In this document: positions 17,054 through 26,093 of the stretch, one piece after another
Position numbering within the stretch: position 1 is the stretch's first letter
Layout of the letters: each line of letters begins with the position of its first letter
DNA from: Verrucomicrobiota bacterium
Lineage (GTDB): Bacteria; Verrucomicrobiota; Verrucomicrobiia; Limisphaerales; CANJXF01
DNA length: 40,637 nt
Direction: 5' to 3'
Assembly (NCBI GenBank): GCA_038214755.1
Contig: JBBQRQ010000044.1
Coordinates: forward strand, 1 to 40,637
Translations under genes and position numbers: made by a program
Notes under the pieces: generated by a model
What the model was told of the DNA's origin: nothing
The model's database searches: none
Seen by the model: the letters and a program-made list of their open reading frames with translations, nothing else

Positions 17054-19828
17054 TTATTGAAGTTCAATAATCCGGTAAAAGCGGCTTCCGCTAGTTGGTT
17101 TGCTTTGAGTTTTGGGAGGACCGTCATCATACCATTGCACGCGATTCGCCGGGGCGGTGATCGTTGGAACGACGGTCTGCCAGTTTGTCATGGTGCTGCT
17201 GTATTGCACCGCGTAGGTGCGACCTGGAGTGGCTGAGAATTCAATCAAAAACCTGCCGTTAGCCAATTGCACGTTGCGGTCAATTGCGCCAATTCTTCCG
17301 GTTGGCGTCCCCGTGACGGGCGTCGCGTCCTCGGCGACCAAGACAGGCTGCGGAATCGCCTGGCGATTGGCGCGGTAATATTCGATCAACAAATCCACCG
17401 ATTCACCCGGAGCAATCGGATGGTTGTGCAGCACGAATGGGGATCCATTGGTGCCGCCTGCATTATAAACCCGCACATCGGAAGGAAGGTTTTGAATCAG
17501 GAGCCGGGCAGCAGTGATGGTGCTGGGACGGCTATTGTTCAAACGAACGGTTTGCTCGAACAGCCCCGTCTGCGGATTCATCGTGATTGGCGAAAATGCG
17601 ACTACCGTGAGGTTGGTCGAAACAATAACCACCGCCGTGCCTGTGCCGGTGATTGTAATATCGAAAGGGTTCTCATCGCTGTCATTGCTGGCGATATGCA
17701 GCACGGCGGTCTTTAGGCCTGCGCTGAGGGGGCTGAATTTTACCGTAAAAGTAGTGGTGCCGCTCGGACCGTTGAGTGGCGTCGTTGGGTGGGCCGTGAC
17801 GGTGAACAGAGTTGAATCTGCGCCGTCGATGGTGATGCCCAAACCGGTGAGGTCCGCCGTGCCGGTGTTCTTAATCGTAAAGATGAGACTGGAATTGGTT
17901 CCAACCAGCACCGAACTAAAGTCCTTGTTGCCTCCATCGTTGATATTCGCGCCGAAAGGTTGTTCAACGGCAATTTCAGGAACCAACACTACTACGACCG
18001 TTCCCGTTCCCGTGATCGTGATGTCGAAAGGATTTTCGTCACCGTCATTGCTCGCGATATGCAGTGCCGCAGTCTTGGCACCCGCGCTGACGGGAGCAAA
18101 TCGCACGGTGAAAGTGGTCACGCCGTTGGACCCGACTGGGGAGACCGCATTGGTTGTCACTGTGAACATCGCCGCATCTGCGCCATCAATGGTGATACCT
18201 AAACCAGTCAGATCAGCGGCGCCGAGGTTCGTAATTGTGAAAGTGAGGCTCGTGTTTGTGCCAACGAGCACAGAACCAAAGTTCTTGCTGCCTCCGTCAT
18301 TGATATTCGCGCCGAGGGGTTGCTCAACCGCAATTTCAGGAACCAACACTACTACGGCCGTTCCCGTTCCCGTGATCGTGATATCAAAAGGGTTTTCATC
18401 GCTGTCATTGCTCGCGATGTGCAGCGCGGCGGTTTTTACACCTGCGCTAATCGGAGCAAATTGAACCGTAAAAGTGGTCGCACCATTGGACCCGACTGGG
18501 GCGACTGCATTAGTTGTCACCGTGAACATCGCAGCATCCGCGCCATTAATAACGATGTTCAAACCGGTAAGTTCAGCCGTCCCAAGATTTTTAATCGTGA
18601 ATGTGAGACTGGTGTTTGTGCCGACCAGCACAGAACCAAAGTCTTTGTTGCCTCCATCATTGATATTCGCTCCGAGAGGTTGCTCAACGGCAATCTCGGG
18701 AGCCCCAACGACTACGACCGTTCCCGTTCCCGTGATCGTGATGTCGAAAGGGTTTTCATCACTGTCATTGCTCGCGATGTGCAGCGCGGCGGTTTTCACA
18801 CCCGCGCTGACGGGAGCGAATCGCACGGTGAAAGTGGTCGCGACGTTAGGTCCCACTGGGGAAGCCGCATTGGTTGTCACTGTGAACATCGCCGCATCCG
18901 CGCCATCAATGATGATGCTCAAACCAGTGAGATCCGCGTCGCCAAGATTGGTAATTGTGAAAGTGAGGCTCGTGTTTGTGCCGACCAGAACGGAACCGAA
19001 GTTGTTAGTGCTGAAGCCGTCAACAAGGTTCGTGCCCGTCGGTTGTTGAACCCCTATTTCTGCCGAAGTCGCAGGCTTGCTCGCTCCACTGCCATTGAAT
19101 GTAACTCCCGCGCTGGAGGCCAACGCCCTGCCTTCGATCGTGCTGCTGGTTCCCATTGTGATCGCCTGGTCGGCTAGAATGGTCCCTTTGAAAACGGAGA
19201 ACGTGTCAAGAACAGCAGAAGTCCCTACCTGCCAGAAAATATTTTTCGCCTGTGCGCCTCCCGCAAGGATGATCTTGATGCCGCTGCCCAGGAGAAGGTC
19301 CTGCGCACACTGGAAAATCCAAACATCTTCCCGACCGCCTGTGAACGTGACGTCTGTTCCTGTGATCATTGCCGTGACTGTGAATTTGTAGAGACCAGGA
19401 GCGAGGTTCATTCCTCCGATATTTCCGGACCCGGGAATTAGTCCAGGGTTCAAGTTCGGTCCCGTCGGCGTCGGCGTTCGTCCAGCGGCATCGTTGTAGG
19501 CAGCGGTCAAATCACCTTTTGCCGTGGTTAAAAAGGTGGCGTCGATTACCGCACAGGGAGGCCCACTGGCATCGACTGCATAGATCGTCCCATTCACCTG
19601 GGCACAAGTGACGCCAATGGCAGATCCAGCGATCGGACTGGCTCCAACGTCACCATTGATGCTCCCACCGCCCGTTGAGGTAATTGCGGCACCCGACAGA
19701 ATGACGAAACTCGCGGTCGAACGAAGATTCACAGGAGCCGGACCATCGGCAAAAAGTTGAGGCGAATTGGCCAAAGCCAGCAGAAGCAAAGTTGAGATTC
19801 GCGCGGTTGCCTTGAGTTTAGAGAACAT
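17054..19828 (-). CDS. Ice-binding (DUF3494) protein with four tandem Ig-like stalk domains (choice-of-anchor D/ASH-like) and a C-terminal RFYR-type domain
   Basis: Signal peptide from ATG 19828; FVILSGAAIT..GDVG.SP, AKGDL.AAYNDAAGR, APGLYKF, VWIFQ, LAGGAQAKNIFWQVG, FKGTILA..IEGRALA; four ~120-aa repeats; ends YAVQYSSTMTNW...SRFYRIIELQ. Confidence 0.9.
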   Translation of the reverse strand: MFSKLKATARISTLLLLALANSPQLFADGPAPVNLRSTASFVILSGAAITSTGGGSINGDVGASPIAGSAIGVTCAQVNGTIYAVDASGPPCAVIDATFLTTAKGDLTAAYNDAAGRTPTPTGPNLNPGLIPGSGNIGGMNLAPGLYKFTVTAMITGTDVTFTGGREDVWIFQCAQDLLLGSGIKIILAGGAQAKNIFWQVGTSAVLDTFSVFKGTILADQAITMGTSSTIEGRALASSAGVTFNGSGASKPATSAEIGVQQPTGTNLVDGFSTNNFGSVLVGTNTSLTFTITNLGDADLTGLSIIIDGADAAMFTVTTNAASPVGPNVATTFTVRFAPVSAGVKTAALHIASNDSDENPFDITITGTGTVVVVGAPEIAVEQPLGANINDGGNKDFGSVLVGTNTSLTFTIKNLGTAELTGLNIVINGADAAMFTVTTNAVAPVGSNGATTFTVQFAPISAGVKTAALHIASNDSDENPFDITITGTGTAVVVLVPEIAVEQPLGANINDGGSKNFGSVLVGTNTSLTFTITNLGAADLTGLGITIDGADAAMFTVTTNAVSPVGSNGVTTFTVRFAPVSAGAKTAALHIASNDGDENPFDITITGTGTVVVVLVPEIAVEQPFGANINDGGNKDFSSVLVGTNSSLIFTIKNTGTADLTGLGITIDGADSTLFTVTAHPTTPLNGPSGTTTFTVKFSPLSAGLKTAVLHIASNDSDENPFDITITGTGTAVVIVSTNLTVVAFSPITMNPQTGLFEQTVRLNNSRPSTITAARLLIQNLPSDVRVYNAGGTNGSPFVLHNHPIAPGESVDLLIEYYRANRQAIPQPVLVAEDATPVTGTPTGRIGAIDRNVQLANGRFLIEFSATPGRTYAVQYSSTMTNWQTVVPTITAPANRVQWYDDGPPKTQSKPTSGSRFYRIIELQ
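17638..19060 (-). repeat. Four intragenic tandem repeats, 360-nt period
   Basis: TTCCCGTTCCCGTGATCGTGAT recurs at 18001, 18361 and 18721, with a diverged fourth copy near 17640. Confidence 0.9.
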
Positions 19829-20001
19829 TTTGGTGGTTTCTTTCCAGAGTTTTGTGATCACTTTTCCTTTTTTATTGCGACACGGAATACTAAGGAAGAC
19901 CTGTGGACGCAATAAGGTGTTTTACCCTTCCCCCCACCCGGGAAAAACGCCGGTCTGTTCTTTGAAGCTGCGGAGCTGAGTCGGCGGCAAGCCTATTTGA
20001 T

Positions 20002-20570
20002 CTAAATCTTCTCCACCCGCGCCTGCGCATTGTAATCCGGCACGCCGCCGACGGCATCGTAAACGCCGCGACGAATGATTTCGTTTCGTTCCGGCCAGTG
20101 GACTTGCAAATTGCCGCGCGCAATTGGCGCGAAGAAAATTTTTCCTTCCATGCGGCCAAAATCGTTGACGAGTGCGACGCGATCCTGATTGGCGAGATGC
20201 AGTTTGGCGGCGTCTTCGGGATTCATGAAAATCGCATCGCGCGCCGCGCCAGTGATGGGATCAACCTCGGCATAGATCAACGTGTTGAATTGTTTACCGC
20301 GGCGCGAACTGATTTCAAATTGATCGGGAGCGCGGTAGAGATTCGGCAGTGAAATGGTTTTGAAATGCGCTTTGCCATCGGGCGTTGGGAATTTCCAATC
20401 GGCGCAGAGATGGGGGCCGCCGTATTGGAATGCGTCGCCGGTTTTGCGCAGGTGTTGGAAGCCGTCGTAGAACGGAACCACGCGGGCGATTTCGTCGCGC
20501 ATCGCCTGGCCGGTTTCGCATTTCAACAAATCGGCGCGTTCGGGAAAAGTCGCGGCGGCGAGTTCGCGCG
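20002..20570 (-). pseudogene. Duplicated 3' fragment (~189 codons) of the FdhF/YdeP-like gene
   Basis: Nearly identical protein to the C-terminus of 22795..25017 (RELAAATFPERA...YNAQARVEKI). No N-terminal part. Confidence 0.9.
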
Positions 20571-20671
20571 CGCAATGTTCTAACGTCCGCGTCATAAGGA
20601 AACCTGAAGAGCTAAATCGTCAACCAATATCATGCTTGACGCCAGTTTGCGGAGTCCAATCATCTCGAAAG

Positions 20672-21802
20672 ATGACCCCGATGCCAAAGCGATTCTCGTC
20701 GAACTGCAGAGTGTTTTTTGTTACCACTTTAATATCTATAATAACTCTTTTTGCTGCTGAAACCAAATCTGCGCCTTTGGAAATAAGAGGCCAAATTTCG
20801 GCGCGAGTTTACAGGGATTCCTCTATCATTAACATCGCCAGTAATTGGTTTGTGGTAACGATTGACGACAAAAATACACGGATTAAGGCTGGACCTATGG
20901 GCGATCCGGCAATAATTGATTTTGAATATGGCCTGTTGGACAAGGATTCATATTTGCTCATAAATTATGTAACTAATCTGCTCGTAACGGAGATAAATAA
21001 AGTCGTGGGTGGAGTTGCAACAAAAGTTAAATTGCGAACGCCTCAAAAGGCCCAAAATACTGCGATGATTTTCCTTAATAATGGCAGAACTCCGGGATAC
21101 GTGCTAGGAATGATAAGCCCTGTCTGGATGGCCTATTGTTTTCATCTCGATTTGCCGAATTCTGAAACGACTCGGATCCAAGGAGCGCCAATTTTTTCAA
21201 TGGGGAAAACTTACCGCCAACAAGGTGGATTGGCTGAGATAACTTATACACTTAATTCTCAATCGCCTTTTTTTTTGCAGACATTAGTTGAAACAGGTGA
21301 CTCTAAACAATTTGAGACATTGAAAATGCCTCCACCTTTACGGGGAGTTTTTACAAATGCGACTTACAATGTTTTAAGGTGGACAAATGTTGCTAGTTAT
21401 ACGGTGCCCCAACAGTTTTATATAACCAATTATTTTGTAATGGGAGCGACTGGGCTTGCTGATGTGGAAAAGATTGTTTTCGAGGGCACGGCAACAGATT
21501 TTCTAGTGAATGTGCCGTCAGTGCCGGTGATTAATATCCCGCTGGTGACAAGGGCGGTTGAAAGACGATCTGGGCTGGTCGCGCCCTTATCCGAGTTTAG
21601 CTATACAACAACGAATGGTATTCTTTTGAGCAGAGAGAAAGTTGTGCAGCACGAGGACTTTATCGTCGAACTGTCAGAAAGGCCTGGATCAACGCCATGG
21701 TCAAACTCAAAAAATCGGTTGATTATACGCGTTGCCTTCGTAGCATTGATTGTTTTACCTCTTATTGTCTGGTGGTTTACAAGAAGAAAATCACGACGAT
21801 AG
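20672..21802 (+). CDS. Secreted hypothetical protein with C-terminal TM anchor and basic tail
   Basis: N-terminal hydrophobic signal, beta-rich body, ends RLIIRVAFVALIVLPLIVWWFTRRKSRR. AT-richer than its neighbours. Start could be ATG 20672 or 20681. Confidence 0.75.
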   Translation: MTPMPKRFSSNCRVFFVTTLISIITLFAAETKSAPLEIRGQISARVYRDSSIINIASNWFVVTIDDKNTRIKAGPMGDPAIIDFEYGLLDKDSYLLINYVTNLLVTEINKVVGGVATKVKLRTPQKAQNTAMIFLNNGRTPGYVLGMISPVWMAYCFHLDLPNSETTRIQGAPIFSMGKTYRQQGGLAEITYTLNSQSPFFLQTLVETGDSKQFETLKMPPPLRGVFTNATYNVLRWTNVASYTVPQQFYITNYFVMGATGLADVEKIVFEGTATDFLVNVPSVPVINIPLVTRAVERRSGLVAPLSEFSYTTTNGILLSREKVVQHEDFIVELSERPGSTPWSNSKNRLIIRVAFVALIVLPLIVWWFTRRKSRR

Positions 21803-21876
21803 AACTGTGAATTTTTCCTCGTGGTGAGGAAGATTAGAATAAATAAAATTAAACATTCGAACAAGAAAGGAAAAAA

Positions 21877-22179
21877 ATGAAAAACCGAACGAAACTTATT
21901 GCTGTTTTAGCGGCGTTCTGTCTGCCAACTGTGGCTGTAATCGCGGCCTGCCAATATTGCACCAAAGTAGATACGTCCATAACATATATCGGCAACGGCA
22001 CGAGCTGTGATGCTATTTGCCCGAGTGCGCCAGCGTGCGGCCCATCATCGTGGCGCACATGCGATTTTCCGGAACCGGTTACTTTTGTTAATATCACATG
22101 CACACTCTCTTACCCTTGTGCCGGCACCGTTACTCAACAATTCGGTAACTGTAAGAGCCATTGGGGATGCGGTGGTTAA
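21877..22179 (+). CDS. Secreted cysteine-rich peptide (10 Cys after the signal peptide)
   Basis: GAAAGG RBS; signal peptide MKNRTKLIAVLAAFCLPTVAVIA; mature part ACQYC...CDAIC...C...C...C...C...C...WGCGG. Confidence 0.75.
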   Translation: MKNRTKLIAVLAAFCLPTVAVIAACQYCTKVDTSITYIGNGTSCDAICPSAPACGPSSWRTCDFPEPVTFVNITCTLSYPCAGTVTQQFGNCKSHWGCGG

Positions 22180-22386
22180 CCGGTTATCGTTTGAAATTCA
22201 GATTGCTAACAGCGGGTTCAAGATACGTCCGACGAGCGGTGTTTTCGCACTGTCTCTGATCTTTGAGTTGTCGATGCCTGTATGGTGACAAAATAGTTTG
22301 TGAAAAATCGCGAGCGCATCGCATACACATTGGTCGCCCAAATCAGAAGGCATTTCTGTGGCATATGCAGTTTTAAAAATATAAAT

Positions 22387-22731
22387 ATGAAAACTACGAA
22401 AATCGTCGGAATAACGTTTGCAATTACGCTTGCTTTGGCTTTGGCTGCATTCGCGATTGATCTCCCCAACTCCAAGGGAGAGGTCAAGCTAGTTCGTATT
22501 ATTGCCGGCGGCAGAAATGTCGCTGAGTTGAGAATTCTGGATCAGGGAAGCGTCAGTATAGATCCTCAATCGGTTTCAATTATGAAAGACCCCAAAGGCG
22601 GGAACATTTACGTCTGTAGCGGTGGCGTCAAACTTAGGTTTTCGACCGATAGCAAAACGGCTTTCGCACTTTCAGCAGATCGGATTCAGGTCGAAAATCT
22701 GAAGCCAGATTCGCCAAAGCGACTCGAATAA
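22387..22731 (+). CDS. Small secreted hypothetical protein
   Basis: Signal peptide MKTTKIVGITFAITLALALAAFA followed by a beta-rich ~90-aa domain. Confidence 0.65.
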   Translation: MKTTKIVGITFAITLALALAAFAIDLPNSKGEVKLVRIIAGGRNVAELRILDQGSVSIDPQSVSIMKDPKGGNIYVCSGGVKLRFSTDSKTAFALSADRIQVENLKPDSPKRLE

Positions 22732-22794
22732 TAGGTCGCTATTGACGCTTTCATGCGTTCGACCGGTTGATCAAGCGTTCGTGTCACAAGTCGA

Positions 22795-25017
22795 TTAAAT
22801 TTTCTCCACCCGCGCTTGCGCATTGTAATCCGGCACGCCGCCGACGGCATCGTAAACGCCGCGACGAATGATTTCGTTTCCTTCGGGCCAGTGGACTTGC
22901 AGATTGCCGCGCGCAATTGGCGCGAAGAATATTTTTCCCTCCATACGCCCAAAATCGTTGACGAGCGCGACGCGATCCTGATTCGCGAGATGCAGTTTCG
23001 CGGCGTCTTCGGGATTCATGAAAATCGCGTCACGCGACGCGCCCGTGATCGGATCAACCTCGGCGTAAATCATCGTATTGAATTGTTTACCGCGCCGGGA
23101 GCTGATTTCAAATTGGTCGGGCGCGCGGTCGAGGTTCGGCAGCGACACGGCTTTGAAATGCGCTTTGCCGTCTGGCGTGGGAAATTTCCAATCGGCGCAG
23201 AGATGCGGGCCGCCATATTGAAAGGCGTCGCCGGTTTTGCGCAAATGTTGAAAGCCGTCGTAAAACGGAACGACGCGGGCGATTTCGTCGCGCATGGCCT
23301 GGCCGGTTTCGCATTTCAACAAATGTGCGCGTTCGGGAAAAGTTGCGGCGGCAAGTTCGCGTAAAATTTTCCATTCGGCGCGCGCTTCGCCGACTTGACG
23401 CGGAATTTCTGGCGAAAAAGCGATGCGACGTTCGGTGATCGTTTCCGTGCCACCGTCGTCCTGTTCATAGCGCGTTTTCGCGGGGAGCAAAATGACTTCT
23501 TCCTTCGCTTCGATGAACATCTGGTCAGTCAAAATAATATCCTGATGCACGCGCATCGGCACATTGGCCATCGCTTTCGCGACGTAATTTGGATCGGGCA
23601 AGGTGCGAAGAAAATTTCCGCCGAGACAATAAAGCAAATCAAGTTCGCCGCGCGCACCTGCCTCGACCATTTCGGTCGCAGGCATTCCCGGCCAATCGGG
23701 AACGGGGAAGCCGTAGAGCGTGGAGAGCGTTTGAGCGTTGTGAGCGTTGATTGGTTTCACACCGGGAAAGGCGGTGGCATACGCGCCCATTTCTGCGCCG
23801 CCTTGCACGCTGGAATGACCGCGAATCGGCATCAGCCCGCATTTGTCGCGACCGACGTAGCCCTTCATCAAACCGAGATTCAACACGGCCGAAACAGCAT
23901 CGCCTCCATAAACGTGCTGGGTGATTCCCATGCTCCAAACGAGAACAGCATTTTTTGCGTCGCGAATCAGTTCGGCAAATTCCTGCATCGAACTTCGCGG
24001 CAAGCCAGACTGCTGTTCCAAAGTTTTGAATTCTAAATTTTCAGTTTTGAGTTTCAGTTCGTCGAAACCGCCGGTGAAATTTTCCACGAAATTTTTGTCA
24101 TACCAATGATTCTCAATCAGAATTTTTAGGACGCCATAAATGAACGCGATGTCGCCGCCTTGCGAAACGGGGAACCAATAATCCATCAAGTCTGTTCCAA
24201 AAATTGCGCTGCTCGCGCTGGAGGGAACCCAATAGCGCGCCATTCCCGGCTCGCGGTACGGATTCACCATCACGATTTTTGTGCCGAGTTTTTTTGCTTC
24301 GTGAAAATATTTCGTCGTGACCGGTTGGTCGTTGGCGGGATTTGAGCCGAACAAAATAATCAAATCCGTTCCGTAAAAATCCTTGTAACTGCAAGTGGTC
24401 GCGGCAACGCCAAGCGCATATTTCATCGCGCCGGTGCTGGGCGAATGACAAAGGCGCGCGGCATTATCGACATTGTTCGTGCCGAGGAAACGCGCGGTTT
24501 TTTGCGCCATGTAATAAATTTCATTCGTCACGCCACGCGAGGTAACGAAAAAAGCGAAACGTTTCGGCGTGCTAGCGCGAATTTTTTTTGCGATTCGGGA
24601 AAAGGCTTCCTCCCAGGAAATGCGGCGAAAACCGTTTGCATTTTTTTCGCGCAACATCGGATAGGGCAGACGGCCAAGCTCGCGCAGTTGCGCGTTATCC
24701 AGTTTTCGGAGATTTGAAATGTCAGAAAGCAAATCCACGTCGAGCGCCGGCATCGTATTGAGCCGAAGCAGATTCAGCCGCGTCATGCAGAGATGCGTTC
24801 CTTTGATCGTCCAATCGTGAAAACCGGCCACACCCAGCGCGCACCCATCGCAAACGCCACGACTCAAAACTTTCCATGCGTAACCAAGATTGTCTTTGTT
24901 TTTCCAAACAACTTTCGCCATGTCGCGAAAATGTTGCGGCTTGGTTTGGCCGAGGCCGAAAGGGATGGCGGATTTTAATTTCGCTTTCCAATCTTTCTGA
25001 ATTTTGTGAGAAGGCAT
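22795..25017 (-). CDS. FdhF/YdeP family molybdopterin oxidoreductase
   Basis: GVCDGCA, TSRGVTNE..Y..QK, GTNNVDNAARLCHSPS, WSMGITQH, MPIRGHSSVQG, RRGKQFNTMIY. Confidence 0.92.
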   Translation of the reverse strand: MPSHKIQKDWKAKLKSAIPFGLGQTKPQHFRDMAKVVWKNKDNLGYAWKVLSRGVCDGCALGVAGFHDWTIKGTHLCMTRLNLLRLNTMPALDVDLLSDISNLRKLDNAQLRELGRLPYPMLREKNANGFRRISWEEAFSRIAKKIRASTPKRFAFFVTSRGVTNEIYYMAQKTARFLGTNNVDNAARLCHSPSTGAMKYALGVAATTCSYKDFYGTDLIILFGSNPANDQPVTTKYFHEAKKLGTKIVMVNPYREPGMARYWVPSSASSAIFGTDLMDYWFPVSQGGDIAFIYGVLKILIENHWYDKNFVENFTGGFDELKLKTENLEFKTLEQQSGLPRSSMQEFAELIRDAKNAVLVWSMGITQHVYGGDAVSAVLNLGLMKGYVGRDKCGLMPIRGHSSVQGGAEMGAYATAFPGVKPINAHNAQTLSTLYGFPVPDWPGMPATEMVEAGARGELDLLYCLGGNFLRTLPDPNYVAKAMANVPMRVHQDIILTDQMFIEAKEEVILLPAKTRYEQDDGGTETITERRIAFSPEIPRQVGEARAEWKILRELAAATFPERAHLLKCETGQAMRDEIARVVPFYDGFQHLRKTGDAFQYGGPHLCADWKFPTPDGKAHFKAVSLPNLDRAPDQFEISSRRGKQFNTMIYAEVDPITGASRDAIFMNPEDAAKLHLANQDRVALVNDFGRMEGKIFFAPIARGNLQVHWPEGNEIIRRGVYDAVGGVPDYNAQARVEKI

Positions 25018-25248
25018 GAATTGCGTTCTATAGTGCCGTCGAGCTGCTTTCTCTCAAATGAAAATTTTTGCGTGTGCATTTACAACCCAAGGAAGGTCGC
25101 GGGGTCTTCCACGAACATCTATCGTATTCCAAGGCGACTGAGACTAAGTGTGAGTTGTCACTCCAGCTTTCTCCGATGCCGTGCAAGAGAAATCACAGAA
25201 GACGCGCCGCCTTTTCAATTTATTTTCCTTCGTACGACAGGTATAGAA

Positions 25249-25893
25249 ATGCCTTCGATGAAAAGCCCTTTTAAAAAAATCAAAGACTTCGTTCGCGGCC
25301 GCTACGATTACCAGAGGAAACGGCAAACCGGAAATGAACAACGCTGGCAATTGATCCAGGATCGCTCGATGGGCGCGCGTTCTCTGTTGGATGTGGGTTG
25401 CAACACGGGACGGTTGACTGCCTGGGCTGCGGAAAATGGATTTTTCGCGCTCGGGTTGGAAACGAATTGGGACGCGCTGGCTGTGGCCCGCCGACAATGC
25501 AAACCGAACCTCACTCTGGCCTTCATGCATTTTTTGGTGACACCGGAAAATGTCGCGGCTCTACCAGTCGAAGACGTGGTTTTATGTTTGTCGGTTTACC
25601 ATCAATGGCACAAAAATTTCGGCCATGACGGCGCGCAAAAGATTTTGAAAACATTAGGCGCAAAGGCGCAGCGTTGGTTGTTTTTTGAACCGGCTTCGAA
25701 GCAAAGCAAATACGGAGATAAGCCGCCGGATTTTACAGACCGCGATGAACGTTCAATTGTCGATTACAACCTCACGATGTTGAGCGGATTATTCGGCGAA
25801 AAAAATGTCGAGTTCCTGGGCGCAACTCCCGCTGGCCGAAGCGAGCCATTTCGTTATCTGTTTGCAGTGCAGATGCAGCCCCTGACAATTTGA
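25249..25893 (+). CDS. Class I SAM-dependent methyltransferase (glycan-locus type)
   Basis: LLDVGCNTG motif I; DVVLCLSVYHQW; LFFEPA. Start ATG 25249 or 25258. Confidence 0.85.
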   Translation: MPSMKSPFKKIKDFVRGRYDYQRKRQTGNEQRWQLIQDRSMGARSLLDVGCNTGRLTAWAAENGFFALGLETNWDALAVARRQCKPNLTLAFMHFLVTPENVAALPVEDVVLCLSVYHQWHKNFGHDGAQKILKTLGAKAQRWLFFEPASKQSKYGDKPPDFTDRDERSIVDYNLTMLSGLFGEKNVEFLGATPAGRSEPFRYLFAVQMQPLTI

Positions 25894-25930
25894 TTTAGGC
25901 GAGAACGATTCAGTGCCGAGCAACGCTCGA

Positions 25931-26062
25931 CCTCACCCCTACCCTCTCCTCCGAGGAGAGGGAGAATCTTATGCAGCGCTGGAAAATGTTCACGGTTTAG
26001 TGAGTGATGGCGCATGCTGATGGCCAGTTCCCTCTCCTCGGGGGAGAGGGTTAGGGTGAGGG
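25931..26062. repeat. Inverted pair of CCCTCACCC...CCCTCTCC/GGAGAGGG palindromic repeats between convergent genes
   Basis: CCTCACCCCTACCCTCTCCTCCGAGGAGAGGGA (25931-25963) and TCCCTCTCCTCGGGGGAGAGGGTTAGGGTGAGGG (26029-26062). Confidence 0.8.
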
Positions 26063-26093
26063 CGAGCAATCTGTCCAACTGAATCGTTCCGGT

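Noticed and set aside
17638..19060. CRISPR-like or non-coding repeat array
   Set aside because: The repeats are 360-nt in-frame coding units with no unique spacers, and there are no cas genes.
12876..22790. Prophage or integrative element
   Set aside because: No integrase, transposase, phage structural or conjugation genes and no tRNA att site were recognised.
20002..23362. Diversity-generating retroelement TR/VR pair
   Set aside because: Mismatches are mostly synonymous and involve all bases rather than being adenine-specific, and no reverse transcriptase is present.
22795..25017. Selenocysteine-containing formate dehydrogenase
   Set aside because: The ORF is uninterrupted and has Cys at the active site (ARLCH). 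There is no in-frame TGA.
25006..25248. N-terminal extension of the methyltransferase
   Set aside because: It overlaps the divergent fdhF start region and has no protein-like features.
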